A stretch of 64,000 nt of DNA. Origin: Lama guanicoe. Its lineage: Eukaryota. Below, piece by piece: positions 39,011 to 50,770 of this stretch. The translations under genes were made by a program, and so were the position numbers. The notes under the pieces are model-generated. The model was not told the origin of the DNA and did no database searches. It saw only the letters and a list, made by a program, of their open reading frames with translations. The stretch is from contig MU056000.1 in NCBI GenBank assembly GCA_013239625.1, positions 7,789,214 through 7,853,213 of the forward strand, given 5' to 3'. Position 1 is the stretch's first letter, and each line of letters opens with the position of its first letter.

Positions 39011-39146
39011 CAGTGGCTCTCAAACTATGCCTAGCAAAAGAATCACATGGAGGGTGTGTGCCTGTAAATTGCTGGGACCCACCTAGGGAGCACAGGTGGA
39101 GTCGGATAATTTGCATATTTGGTGATGCTGACATTGAAAACCACTG
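39011..39146. mobile_element. MER5A-like hAT MITE
   Basis: Terminal inverted repeats cagtggctctcaaa...ttgaaaaccactg. Confidence 0.8.
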
Positions 39147-42100
39147 CTCTGGCTCTGGTTCTGGTGGGGAGGGTTTGGTTGGGGAGGGTAGTGTTCTCTG
39201 CTGACTGCTGAGGCCCACCACGTGGCAGATTTCAAGAATTTGTCACCTTGGGCAGAACCCACAGGAGTAGTTGGATAGAACGGATCTCCAAAAACACGCT
39301 GTAACTGACAGAGGTATTCTCATTCTGTTTTCCCAACAACCTTCCCCACTATACTTCATTCTGTTCAACATATGAGAAAATGGAGGCTCCGAGAGGTTGT
39401 TCAACGCCACATACAAAGAAAATAGAGAAGCTGGAACAAAACCCAGGTTGGTGAAGCAGAGGAAAGCAAGGGCTTCAGGCGTGATATACAATATGGACTA
39501 TATTTTTTTAGGAATTAAATCAAAATAAAATAGGCTCAATACTAAAGTACTACTGAACATAAATGTTTTCTTTAATGTCTAAAAAATTCTGTAGACATGT
39601 TTACATAGGGTGTATCAGCATTTTCGTGTAACACTGGGAAAGGTTATTCAATTCAAATTAGTATTTTTGGCATTTGCTGATCTTGAAATATAAACAAAAC
39701 TCCTCAGTTCCTTAGGTAACATAACTGAGCAAATACGAGAAGTGTTTTTAAGTGAAATGTTACAGATTCTGCCTTGGGGGGCCACCCCCCGTTTCTGACA
39801 GAATCCTTGGAGGGAGGAAGGACTCCTCCTGGGAGAGAAACAGTGGTGAGAGGCACGCTGCATTATCCAAACTAGAAGGATGGCCATTTTAAGAGAGTAT
39901 TTTCAGACCACTCATCCTTGAAATGATTTTCAGCAGGTTGAACTTGGACACTGAGAGAGTAATAGGTTTGACAAAAGTTCTGATCAGATCTCTTTGGTCA
40001 GAAGAATGCTGGGTGCAATATATGATTATGTGTCTTAAATCCTGCCCCTTCATGCTGTGATGAGGTCATGTTTCCAGACAGAAAGATGGAATTTTGACTT
40101 GAAAGAACTGAGGGATAGCTCTTGCGCACCTTAGTCTCAAATATCCTCTACACTTTTCCTTCACTGATGAATGCTGTCTTCCCTGTGCAGCGTCACGATG
40201 GGGGCAGGCTGCCTCTTGATTCACAAATACACATCATAATGATCAGCCCTATTTTCATTGGTAATCAATGAACAGGCAGGGCCAGCCAAGGGGAACGATC
40301 AGGAATTAACAACTCTGTCAACATCGTAAATTTCTGATATTAATTTGAGCATTTTTTCTTTATTCTAGTTCCTGTTCGATTCTAGTCTAATCTCTAAAAT
40401 TAAAAAAAAGTTACTAACTGGCTACTATATTAAAATGTGTAAGACACTGAGAAATGAAAAAGACTAACAAGTTATATATATTTTTAAGTGAATTGAGGTA
40501 TGAACATGTCTCTTTTTCAGTGGGTAACGGTGTCCTACAAGCCTTTAGTTTGGTTGGGTTGGGTTGGGTTTCCACTTTTAATCAACTATCCCTGAACAAG
40601 TGAATTGTATCACAAGATTATCTTTGGTTTCTCCCTCTGGAGGAGAGGAAGGTTTCCTTTACTCCCTAGCACAAAATTTATTACACTTGTATGTTTCACT
40701 GTTTAAAAAGAAAAAGCCCAGTGACCTTGTGTATTGGTCACTGAACAAGTTAATCGTAATTATGGTCCTACGTAAGTGTTTTCACAAAGAGTCAATGCCC
40801 AACCTACAAAGTTCTTCCCTGCTGTTGTACTTAAACCATCTTCTGCTCACATTAGGGGAGTGATTTTCATGTCTTGCTAGAAACTGGTACAGCAAAATTC
40901 TATGCACAAATGTAGCATTAAAACAAATACTTGTAGCTATTTTTTTAAAAAGCACAATGATGCTATAATTTCTATGCCTTAGAAGTAATTTTTATAATCT
41001 TGATGGAATTGTCAGTTGATATGTCACTTGAAAATTTCTGCCTAAAGTGGATTCTATAATCTTTTTATCGAATAGATGAAAAATGAAACAATTTATTTCT
41101 ATAGCTTACAATTAAAAGATATGACATCTCTTGCCATCATTCTTACTCAAATGTAACTAGCTAAACTGCTTTATTTTCCCTATCTTCAGTGCTGTTTGGC
41201 ATCTCATTTCTCTGAGCTTCCATCACTCACTATGTTCATTAAAAAAAAATTTAATATACTGTGCTCGTAGGGTCCAAAGTGGAATTTACATGAAAGGCTC
41301 CAGTTTGCACGTCTCCACTTCAGATGGTCCGGATATGGGGGATCAAATCACATAGAAAAGCAAGGGATGAAAGTTTGAGTAATCAATCTGTTTGAAATCA
41401 GCCTCTCCCTTCTCCATACTCCCTTAGCTCTTTGAATCTTATTGATTGCTTATTGATCACCATTGATTTTGCATTGGCAATATTTAGGCTGTGACCTTAT
41501 TGCTGCACTGGGACTTTCAAGGGGGCAGAAGGCATGTCATGGTTATTTGTATGCCCAGCGTGCAGCTGAGTGCCCGGTACATCCGAGGTGCTCAATGCGA
41601 GCTGGCTATTACATGCGTGCTTAGCTCTTGCAATGGACTGGAATTCACATGGAGTCCGGAACTGAATCACCTCTGTGCTTATTGGATAAGTATCAGATGT
41701 CTGTGACACCATCCATGCAGGCTTCTACTGCGATTTCTGTTCTGCCACTACAGCCACCATCCTTGTAAACTTGTTCAGCTTGAGATCTGAAGTTTCTTAT
41801 GATCGTTGATAACACTGATCATACGCACTGAGTGCTGGAGCGAACTGCACGTTTGCTGCCGGGAGCCAATCAGGCTCTCCCCGGTGTCACACCCACCTCG
41901 CCCACAGGTCTGTAGGAAGAGTTTTCTGGTTCAAGATTACTTTGTCTCCCTGTGCTGTTACCTCCTTTCCTCTCCACCTCACCCGATTCTTGGCTTTTAT
42001 AATCTGGCCTCCAGTGGGGTCATCTCATACCTGGCCCACGCCCCTTGAGTCCTGGGTTCCAGCCCTGCTAAAACTCCGTACCATCCTTCCTATTGGCCCA

Positions 42101-42547
42101 GCCCTGCATATCTCTGGGCTCCTTGGCCTCATCTCCCAACTTATAATCAGCAGAGCCCAGATGCTGGGTCTCTGCAGGATCTGGGCTGGGTTCCTGAGAC
42201 TGTAAACATGTGTGAGCGGTGGGACGGGGCGGCCAGAGGGCTTTAGAGAGCAGAGCTGAGGTCGTTTCAAGAAACACAGGTAGTCTGGAGGCAAAGCTGA
42301 AATATGAAGCCACCCACTCAGCAAGGCCTTGATGCCAACACATCAGGACAGGCAGGGGAGAGACAGAATCCATCACAGGTGACAGCACAGGGCAGATCTG
42401 ATGTTCAAGTGGGTCTGTCTTTGCGGGGAGGGGTGGGAAGCATCCTCTTCTTGGTTGTCTGTTCCTTGCTCCCCACTACATAGGACCGAGCAGGAACTCA
42501 GTGAATGATTGCCGAATAACATGTTTTCAGGGCTGTCTACTTCTAGC

Positions 42548-42755
42548 CAGTAGTTCTCAACCATGGTGGTTTTTGCCCCCGGGGAACATTTACTAATGTC
42601 TGGGCGCCTTGGAACATTTTGGTTGTCACAGCTGCAGAGGGAAGGGTGTTCCTGGCATCTAGTATCTGCACGTGGTCAGGGCTGCTGCTAAACATCCTGC
42701 GATGCCCAGGACCAGCCCCCCAGAGAAGAATGCCGTGTGGAGGCTGAGGACCCTG
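42548..42755 (+). mobile_element. MER20
   Basis: cagtagttctcaacc...ttttggttgtcaca...ctggcatctagt...gctgctaaacatcct...ctgaggaccctg. Confidence 0.85.
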
Positions 42756-42820
42756 TGCCGGGTAGCTAGGCTCCCTGAGGGTCTGATCTGCAGGGCTTTA
42801 GTACTGAACATTGCTCAGCC

Positions 42821-42971
42821 CAGTGGTTCTCAAACCTCTGCTGCATCCAAATTGTCTTTGGGACTTGATAAAAATTCAAAGGCTCAGGTCCTCACCCTAG
42901 TCCAATAACGCTGGGCCTCAGTATGTTCTGTCAGATTGATGCCAATCCACACCAGGGCTTGAGAATCGCTG
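42821..42971. mobile_element. MER5-like hAT MITE
   Basis: Termini cagtggttctcaaa...ttgagaatcgctg. Confidence 0.75.
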
Positions 42972-43072
42972 TCCTAGCCCACAGCAGGGAATTGGGATAT
43001 TTGTTGAATGATCCTGTAATCATCCACTGGAGCCACATGATACATGGATTTTTAATACTTGGTCATCTCTTC

Positions 43073-43769
43073 CCAACAGTAAAACCAAGCAGGACTCCAT
43101 GCAGCCTTCCTGGGATAACCCTCTCCCCACCACATCCCTCCACCTGCCTTTTATCTGTAGAAAAACTTCAACCAAAGAATATTTTTAATCAGAGAAGTGA
43201 GAAAATGTAGAAGCAAAGGAGATCAGTCAAACAAGACCAAATAATAGTTCACTCATTAAGCAGAGTCAAGAACCTTACGTTCCTCTTCAAGGACTATAGA
43301 TAATATTCTGAGCCACATCCTTTGGACTGTTATGTAGATACTGAAACTCGAACCAGTGGAAGAAGTTAACTACAGAATGACCAGACTGTAGCCATGCCAT
43401 AAGCTGCCACAATTCCAAGAACTGGCCTCAAAGAAATGGGAACAAATCACCCTGGAACTAAAGATTAACTGTACTTAAAACAATCACGATGACACTGATC
43501 AGACCACTGCGTGAGCAATTTCAAGATGATTGTGGGAGCTGGCTGTGCTGTTCTGCAGTAGCCCCCTCCCTCCACCTGTATACCCCTGAAGCTCCCCTTT
43601 AAAAGCTTTGTGCCCTGATTCACAGAGGGGAGTTGGCCTTTGGACATGAGTCCAACTTCTCCCCTGGTCGCTGGTCTCTGAAATAAAGCAACCTTTCCCT
43701 TCCTACCAACACTTGTCTCTCAAGTGTTAACTTTTGAGTAGCAAGCAGCCAGACCTGACTTTGGTAACA
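43073..43769 (+). mobile_element. ERV1-class solo LTR (cetartiodactyl type)
   Basis: ~700 bp. TATA-like tttaaaag at ~43598, AATAAA at 43682-43687, ends ...ttggtaaCA. Confidence 0.75.
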
Positions 43770-44074
43770 ACATGGCAGGGGGCATCATGGCCCCCACACC
43801 AACAGTGATGCATTTAAACCAATCGCCACAGTCTTTTACTTGGCACCCTTTGAAAATCTGGAAACAACACTAAGTTGTGAGGGGAAATCTAAGTAAAACA
43901 CACATGTGAATCCTTTTTATTTCTTGACCTTGTGACCACCTACTCAGAAACCAATGAAATTAATCTGATCCGTAACATGGGGATGGGAAATTCTACCAAT
44001 CATGCTCAGGCCTTTCTCCCATGAAGAGGGCTTGCTTTTGCTTTAGCTGGAAGCACCACGTTTTAAAGAGATCT

Positions 44075-44273
44075 TTCTGTCTATGAATAACTAAATCAGA
44101 AGTCAGAGAGTAAATATTATAGGTTTGGGGGCCACATGGGGTCTTTGTTGTTTCTTTTCCTTCTTCTTCTTTTCACAACCTTTTAAAAATGTAAAATTCA
44201 TTCTTATCTGCAGTCAGAGGACAACAGCTCACTGGTGGGATTTGGCCAGTGGGCCACAGTTTGCCAAGCCCTG
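44075..44273 (+). mobile_element. MER58-type hAT MITE
   Basis: agtaaatattataggttt...tttaaaaatgtaaaattcattctta...gatttggccagtgggccacagtttgccaagccctg. Confidence 0.8.
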
Positions 44274-44619
44274 ACCTAGATTCTCATCTAAAGTCCAGTT
44301 AGAGGGTTCAGGAGGGCGTCTCTAAACCCTTGATATTTTGCTCAAAGTTGAGTATATTTCTGTGTGGAACCATTGTAGGAAGAAAAGGTAACAGAGGTAA
44401 GTCAATTCAAACTAACAAAACAACCCACCTTGACTGGGCACCTGCTGTACTCCACACGCTATGCCAAGACTTGGGATAAAGAGACAAACACCCGGCCCTT
44501 GACCCAGGGAGCTCAGAGTCCAAGAAGGTAAGCAGGCACACATTTAATGTGCCTGGATCTGGTCTCATCAACACAAAACTAGCAGCAGGAAGAATCAGGG
44601 AAACAGTCTCCTTTGGAAG

Positions 44620-45418
44620 TGAGGGCCAGGCACTTCCAGTCGTATCTGGATGTTCCTAGAAGCAAATACAGGATGGCATGGATGGACGTTTTACTGCTCA
44701 CCTTCACTGAAGCTGTAATTAAAACCTTTGCTTAATTATAGATTAAAATTAAAGATTAAAATCTTTGCTTAAATTATGATTCTGTAAACTTGGACATCGA
44801 TTGTTTTCCTTAACATTTGCAGCAGCAAGTCACGGGTGTGACTTAAGAAGTAAGACCACAGAGTACAATATATATGTTCTTAGCATGAAGGCAATTTGTG
44901 GAAATTTAACAGAAAGCACCTTCAAATTTGAAAGGTGCACATTGGCTTACGGGCAGTTTTAGGTGCCATGACATTTCCTAGCTGATCATAAAAGATCAAA
45001 AGGGGGGCAAGGCCCAATTCCTGGAAATTCTTGCCCCTTCCTCAAAATAGTTGCAATAATTCTTCCTACTTATTAGCATATGAAATTGCAGAGCCCATAA
45101 AAACTAACAACCCCACCTCGCAAGGTCTCTCTCTCTGTCGTCTTCTGAGATGGCCTGTACTCGTCCATGGAGTTTGTATCTACTTTTACTTTAAACCAAA
45201 CCCCCCACACCTCTCAGCCTCTCTCCCTCTTGCATTCTGAGATGATCCGAATTCTGCATACGGAGTGTGTATCTCCTAAGCTGTTTTCCCTTCTGAGTGA
45301 GATGAATCACACTCTGTCTGTGGAGTGTGCATCTCCCTGAATAAACTTACTTTCACTTTACTGTGCCTCCCTCTTAAATTCTTTCCTGCCCGAGACAAGA
45401 ACTTACTCTCTGCCAACA
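44620..45418 (+). mobile_element. MER41-like ERV1 5' LTR
   Basis: MER41 hallmark blocks (aaaagggggg...ttcctggaa...gcccctt...aataat...ttagcatat...cataaaaa; aataaacttactttcactttact...aattctttc...cgagacaagaac), ending in CA and followed by a PBS. The start position is approximate. Confidence 0.8.
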
Positions 45419-45422
45419 TCTT

Positions 45423-45440
45423 TGGTGAGCCAGCCAGGAG
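45423..45440 (+). promoter_or_regulatory. Retroviral primer-binding site, tRNA-Arg(ACG)
   Basis: TGGTGAGCCAGCCAGGAG matches the reverse complement of the tRNA-Arg(ACG) 3' end (TGGCGAGCCAGCCAGGAG) at 17/18; the mismatch is a CpG transition. Lies 4 nt after the LTR end. Confidence 0.85.
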
Positions 45441-45660
45441 GACTTGGTAAGTCTTGGCCTCTCCCCTCCCTTGCACTTGACAGGCCAGTCTTTCCCTCTC
45501 TTTCTCTCCCTGCCTCGTCTCCTTTCTGCATCTCTATCTCACTCTTACTTTTGCAGTTTTGGAATTTTGAGCTGAAGAGATTTAGGACTTTGACTTGAAA
45601 CCCAGGGATGGGATGAAAATAGGAGTACATGGAGACCTTAGCGGGGACCACAGGGCAGAC

Positions 45661-46228
45661 TGCGGTACGCCAAATAATGGCGCCCACAGATGTCCATGTG
45701 CTAATCCCAGGAAACTGTAAATAGGTTGTCTAACACGAGAAAAGGGACTTTGCAGATGGAATTAAGGTAACGGGCTTTAAAATAAGGAGACTGTCCTGGA
45801 TGATCCCTGTGGTCTCAATTTAATTACATGATCCTTAATATAGCAGAGAACATGCTTTGGCTGGAGTCAGAGAGAAGCAGCAGAAGGGAAGTCAGAGAGA
45901 TTTCAGCATGAAGATTCAAGTTTCCATTGCTGGTTCTGACCCACAGGGGATGACATGCAAAGATGAGAGAGAGGCTGATGGCTCTCAGCTGACAGTCAGC
46001 AAGGAAACAGAGACCTCAGTCCCACCACCACAAGGAACTGGATTTGGGTCACAATCTGAAGGAGATTGGAAGCAGATCCTCCCAAGAGCCATTAGTAACA
46101 CTTTGATTTTAAGTTGGGGAGACTCACGTCAGAATTCTAACCCACAGAAACTGTAGAATAAATGTGTGTTGTTCTAAGTCACTAAGTCTGCAGTCATTTG
46201 TTATAGCACCCATAGGAAACTAATACCC
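45661..46228 (+). mobile_element. MaLR solo LTR (MLT1E-like)
   Basis: aataatggcgcccacagatgtccatgtgctaatccc...aaagggactttgcagatggaattaagg...cagcaaggaaacagagacctcagtcc...ttgttatagcacccataggaaactaatac. Confidence 0.85.
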
Positions 46229-49200
46229 AGGTTTTAGCTTGTTTTACTCAAGGGTAAATGGAATTCTTCCCAACACCATCCCTCAATGTTTCACATCCCA
46301 CCTTTTCCCTGGAAAACCGTTCATGAGCAGTGGGCTCATGCAAGTTTTAAGAAGATATTTCCAGATGATCAAATAACTGTATTGGTTTGATCAAGACCAA
46401 AATACCCCATATATAAGAAAATAAAAATTCTTCCTAGGGGTGTGTATGTTGGGGGTTGGGGTGAGGTGGAGTCCTCGACTATGCAAGGCCAGACGGTGTT
46501 CTGTGTAACTCAGAGCATAAGAAGGCCCCCTGCACAAGAAACACTGATGTGATGCGGTGATGCACCTTTGAAGGCAAAAATATGCTGCTTTAATTTACTT
46601 CTCCTCATCTCTGATCTGATTGACCACAAGAGTGCCTCCAGGTAAGCGGGCATCAGCTTGGTCCAGGATGCTCTCCTGATTGACAGCCTTCACTTCTGCC
46701 AAGTCCTCTTTCTGGAAGTGCAGAAAGTCCAGTGGTTAGTACCCTACACTGTGCGGGAAATAAGTGGGCTGGGTTGTAAGGGAGAGAAATGAGGCAGCCT
46801 CTGAGCTCTGCTTGAGTGAAGTCTACAGTGCAACCTCATTACTTTAAGTGAATTCTCAGAATATCATCCGAAACGCCAACCGTGAGTACGAAACGGGTAC
46901 GGAACAGCATTAGGACAAGCCCTGCCTCCATAAACTTTTACTGGAAGGTTGAGTTTACTCCAAATGCTCTTGATTTTTCTCTCTACATGTGTGTTTTTAA
47001 AGCTGGTACGTCATCATAGCCAAGTCAAAAAAAATTCCAGAGTCATAAATTTCCCTTTCCCTCCCTCCCATCCCTCCTTCCTTCCTGTCTTTCTCTCCCT
47101 CTCTCTCTCTTTTTCTTTTTTTTGGATTAGCACAGTCTTGCAGTTTGGATTCCTGCTATGTACCTTACTGTCTTCTCCCAAGGGAGGCAATTTCTTTATA
47201 AATCAGGACAGTGATGGCTTGGTAATTGCTTTGCTGAGCTGCAGGGACAGCACGCTTCAGTGATTTAAAGACCAACAGCCCGTCGGGGCGGCCGTGAACA
47301 CTGCTGCCGCGCTGTCCTCAGAGTGGAAGTCCCTCCGTTGACACCTCCACCCCTACTCATAAATGGAAACCAGGAGAGAGAAACGGAGGAGCTCCTCTGA
47401 GGTTGACTATTCAACTCTGCGCCTTTCTAGGGCCGCCTAGACGCGTGCCTTCTGGAGTTAGTCATGCATCACGCACGCTGTTCCAGAGATGCCCAGGGCG
47501 GAACCAGAAACACCTGAGTTAAAAGACACCCTATCGCTGTCAAGTACTACCTAGGGTTTCAGCTGCACGATTCCAATTAAAATTGATGGACGCCACAGAG
47601 TTAAGTGCTCTATGGAATGTCTGCTGTAAGTTTCCCATTGGGCTAAATTGCAAGGAAGTCACAGGGAAAAAAGCGTGAACGCTGCACGGCTAAAACCGTT
47701 AACTGTGAACCTAATTGTGCCTGTGGTTCTTTGTGCTCTGAAAACACCCACAATTGTTTCCTGGCTTGGAGCACTGGGGACATGGGCTCTGCTCACTGTG
47801 ACTTGAGACTTCAGTTACCCGACCACATCGCGCGCTTGGAGCAGTGCCACGTGGCCCACTCCCCTGGCCCAATGATGCCCACCTCCCCTGAATTCCACTA
47901 ACTCGTGACATATTTCCCTGGCACTTTTGTGGTGGGCTCTTATTTCTACTGTGCCGACAGTATGAGGGTGCATCTCACCTTGGAAGCCCCCACATCTGAC
48001 CCTGGTCCTGGCACCTTGGTTTCCCATCAAGTCTATGCGCCACCACCTCTGAAGCGAGCACTTCCACAGAACAGAGCTATCTGCTAGCCGTGGCCCCATC
48101 ACAAATACAACAACAACAAAAACAAAATGCCTTGGGCCAAATGCAAATTAGGTTCAAATAGGAATAAAACCCAGTGTTTTCTTCCTTTCCTGCTAAACTG
48201 AATGATTTCTCATCTACCAGACACGATTTAACGTCAACCACAAAACCAGGGCTTTGAAATACATATAATAAATTGATATGCTAGGAAACAGAGAAAGAGA
48301 AATGCAATATTCACTTCACCAAGCCGGCAGCTTCCCGGAAAGAGAGCATGGTGGCTAAATAAACAACGAGCAAGGCCGAGGCCATCCAATTCCATGTATT
48401 TTGGGTCCTCTGTCTTCTAAGAAGGCGGAGAACAAAGCTGACTAATAAAGGATTATAGGTAATTGGCTACTTGCCTTTTAAATGTCAGACTGTGGGTTTG
48501 AAAAAACTTTCAAGATTTGGCATTATGTTCTGGATTACTAGTAGCTATTATGAAAACAACCTTCCTAACTTTCATTTCAGTTCATCACCTGATTCCCCAT
48601 ACGCAGTCATGTCATCTTTCAATTTATTTACTCGCAGGAAATTTTAACAAATTGTACTTCAAAGAGTTATTAAAGCTGGGGAATCCACATGATTTTTGAA
48701 AGCTCACTCATCTAGATGAAACATTTTCCTTGAGGTCCATTTCTTACTTTCATAATGGCTTTGATCACTCACTGATACCATATTGAGGACCAACAACAAC
48801 AATAAAAAAAACTGCAAGTCTCATCAAAGGCAAAGAAGTGCATTTACTCTTGTGTCTTTATCCTTTCCCTCTACTCCTACCCTACTGTCCTCTGCACAGT
48901 TCCCCAGCGCCTCCCAAATATGGTTTTGTTCTGCGATTTACTGTCAGCCTGCTGCCATCAGCATCTCCCCAAGCTGACCGCTCGTGGTCCTCGCCCAGCA
49001 TGGGAGGGCAAGTGATTATAAGAGGGAGCCGCCAGATACAGGAGGAGAAAGAAATCCCCTGTAACTCTGCTGCTCCAGGCCAGATGCCTGGTGGTAACTA
49101 TCCCTCTCTGCTTTTTAAAAGTCTTCTTGCTTTTCTCACATTACCTCCTGGGAAAACATCTCCTTAAATTTGTGGCCAAATCGCTAATAAAAATAGTCCC

Positions 49201-49367
49201 TGGATCAAAATAACTTAAGTCTCAAAAGGGAAGGAGGTGATTAAATTTTTTTCCTTTAATCTCTTAAAATATACCCATCTCTCCTAATTGCTATTTCATG
49301 AATTTAGGCATCTTGACGACTCACTCAGTAATCTTTTATTTGGACCAAAGAACATGATAAATGATGC

Positions 49368-49610
49368 AGGGAAAATGGGGTGCAGGGGAGGGATAAGTTA
49401 GGAGTTTGAGACTAGCAGATACAAACAACCATAAACAGAATAAACAACAAGGTTCTACTTTATAGCACAGGGACTATATTCAATAATTTGTAATAACCTA
49501 CAATGGAAAAGAATACGAAAAAGAACACACATATGTGTAATTGAATTACTATGCTGTACACTAGAAACTAACACAACATTATAAATCAACTATACTTCAA
49601 TTAAAAAAAA
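49368..49610 (+). mobile_element. Cetartiodactyl-type L1 3' end
   Basis: ggagggataagttaggagtttgagactagcagatac...gctgtacactagaaactaacacaacattataaatcaactatacttcaattaaaaaaaa. Confidence 0.88.
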
Positions 49611-50164
49611 TTATGGAAAAATCCAGACTCTAGTTAATTTGGCCAGAGATGATTCTACAGTTTTAGCTAAGTGAAACAAACAAAGCCAATCTTGGCCAAA
49701 AAAATGAATTAAAACTACAGAAGGTGCCTCTGGACCCTTTCTTTTCTTCCTGTTTTAGAATGGAAATATCTATTTGTGTTCCATATGTAGGGGTGGCAGA
49801 TGCCAGGAAGGAGGAGAAACTCTAAGAATATATATATATGTATCCATTGTATAAGAAAAACATAGAGAACTCAGTAAAACTAAGATCATTGGGCCTTTCA
49901 ATTTTTTTCTGAAAATATCTTTCATCTCTGGAAAAATTTCTGAAATACTTACTAAAAAAAGTAGGCACCAGCTTCTTAAAGAGGAAAGCCAATGTGATCT
50001 TTCAAGTTTATGCATTAGTCTTGATTGCAATTGAGTAATAACATTGGAAAAATCGGTATCAGAACTGGCCAAAGAAAGTCACATTTTAAATTCAAGGCTG
50101 CTATATACCTATATAGTTTAATTGTTTGCCTCCATTCTTGTTTTGAGTGGACTTTTTCTTTATG

Positions 50165-50770
50165 GTCATCGTAGGGCAAATTCTAAAGATGTGTCTTCAA
50201 GATTGCTGACCCCCCGGTTGTTCAATCAAACACTACTCTACATACTCTTGTGAAGGAGCTTTGTAGATGAAATTAAGGTCACTAATCAGCTGACTGTAAG
50301 ACAAGGACATGATCCTGAATTATCCTCCTGGGCTCAGTGTCATCACATGAGCCCTTAAAAGCAGAAGAGGGAGGCAGACGAGTCAGTCCAAGAGATGCAG
50401 CTGAAGAGGGGGTAGGAGAGATGAGGAAAGATGAGGAAAGAGGGCCTGATACTGCTGGCTCTGCAGATGGAGGAAGGGGACCACCAACCAGGGCAGGCGG
50501 TGGCCTCTGGAAGCTGAGAGCACCTCCCAGCCCACAGCCAGCAACGAAACCAGGCCCTCAGTCTATAACTACAAGGAACTGAATTTGGCCACCAAGAAAG
50601 ACCCAGGAAGCAGGCTCTCCCCAGAGCTTCCTGAGAAGAGCCCACTGGCAGACACTTGAGGAACCAGCCAAACCCCCTGCACTGCTGATGGACACCACTC
50701 TGAGACAGTAAGTTTGTGTTGTTCTAACCCATGAAGTTTGTGATAATTTGTAATGGCAGTGATGGATCAA
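50165..50770 (+). mobile_element. MaLR solo LTR (MLT1E-like)
   Basis: ctttgtagatgaaattaaggtcactaatcagctgac...catgagcccttaaaagcagaagagg...cctcagtctataactacaaggaactgaatt. Confidence 0.8.

Noticed and set aside
40551..40570. (GGGTT)n telomere-like or G4 tract
   Set aside because: Only about four units of a pentamer, not TTAGGG; an ordinary microsatellite.
47308..47328. REST/RE1-like motif (also partial matches near 28244 and 30634)
   Set aside because: Each matches only one half-site well; no full 21-bp RE1.
49139..49160. Second AG|NNN|GT pattern (ttttcccAG|GAG|GTAATG, minus strand)
   Set aside because: Short pyrimidine tract, competing AG just upstream, weaker donor and no TGC motif. It shows such patterns arise by chance and tempers the 742-744 call.
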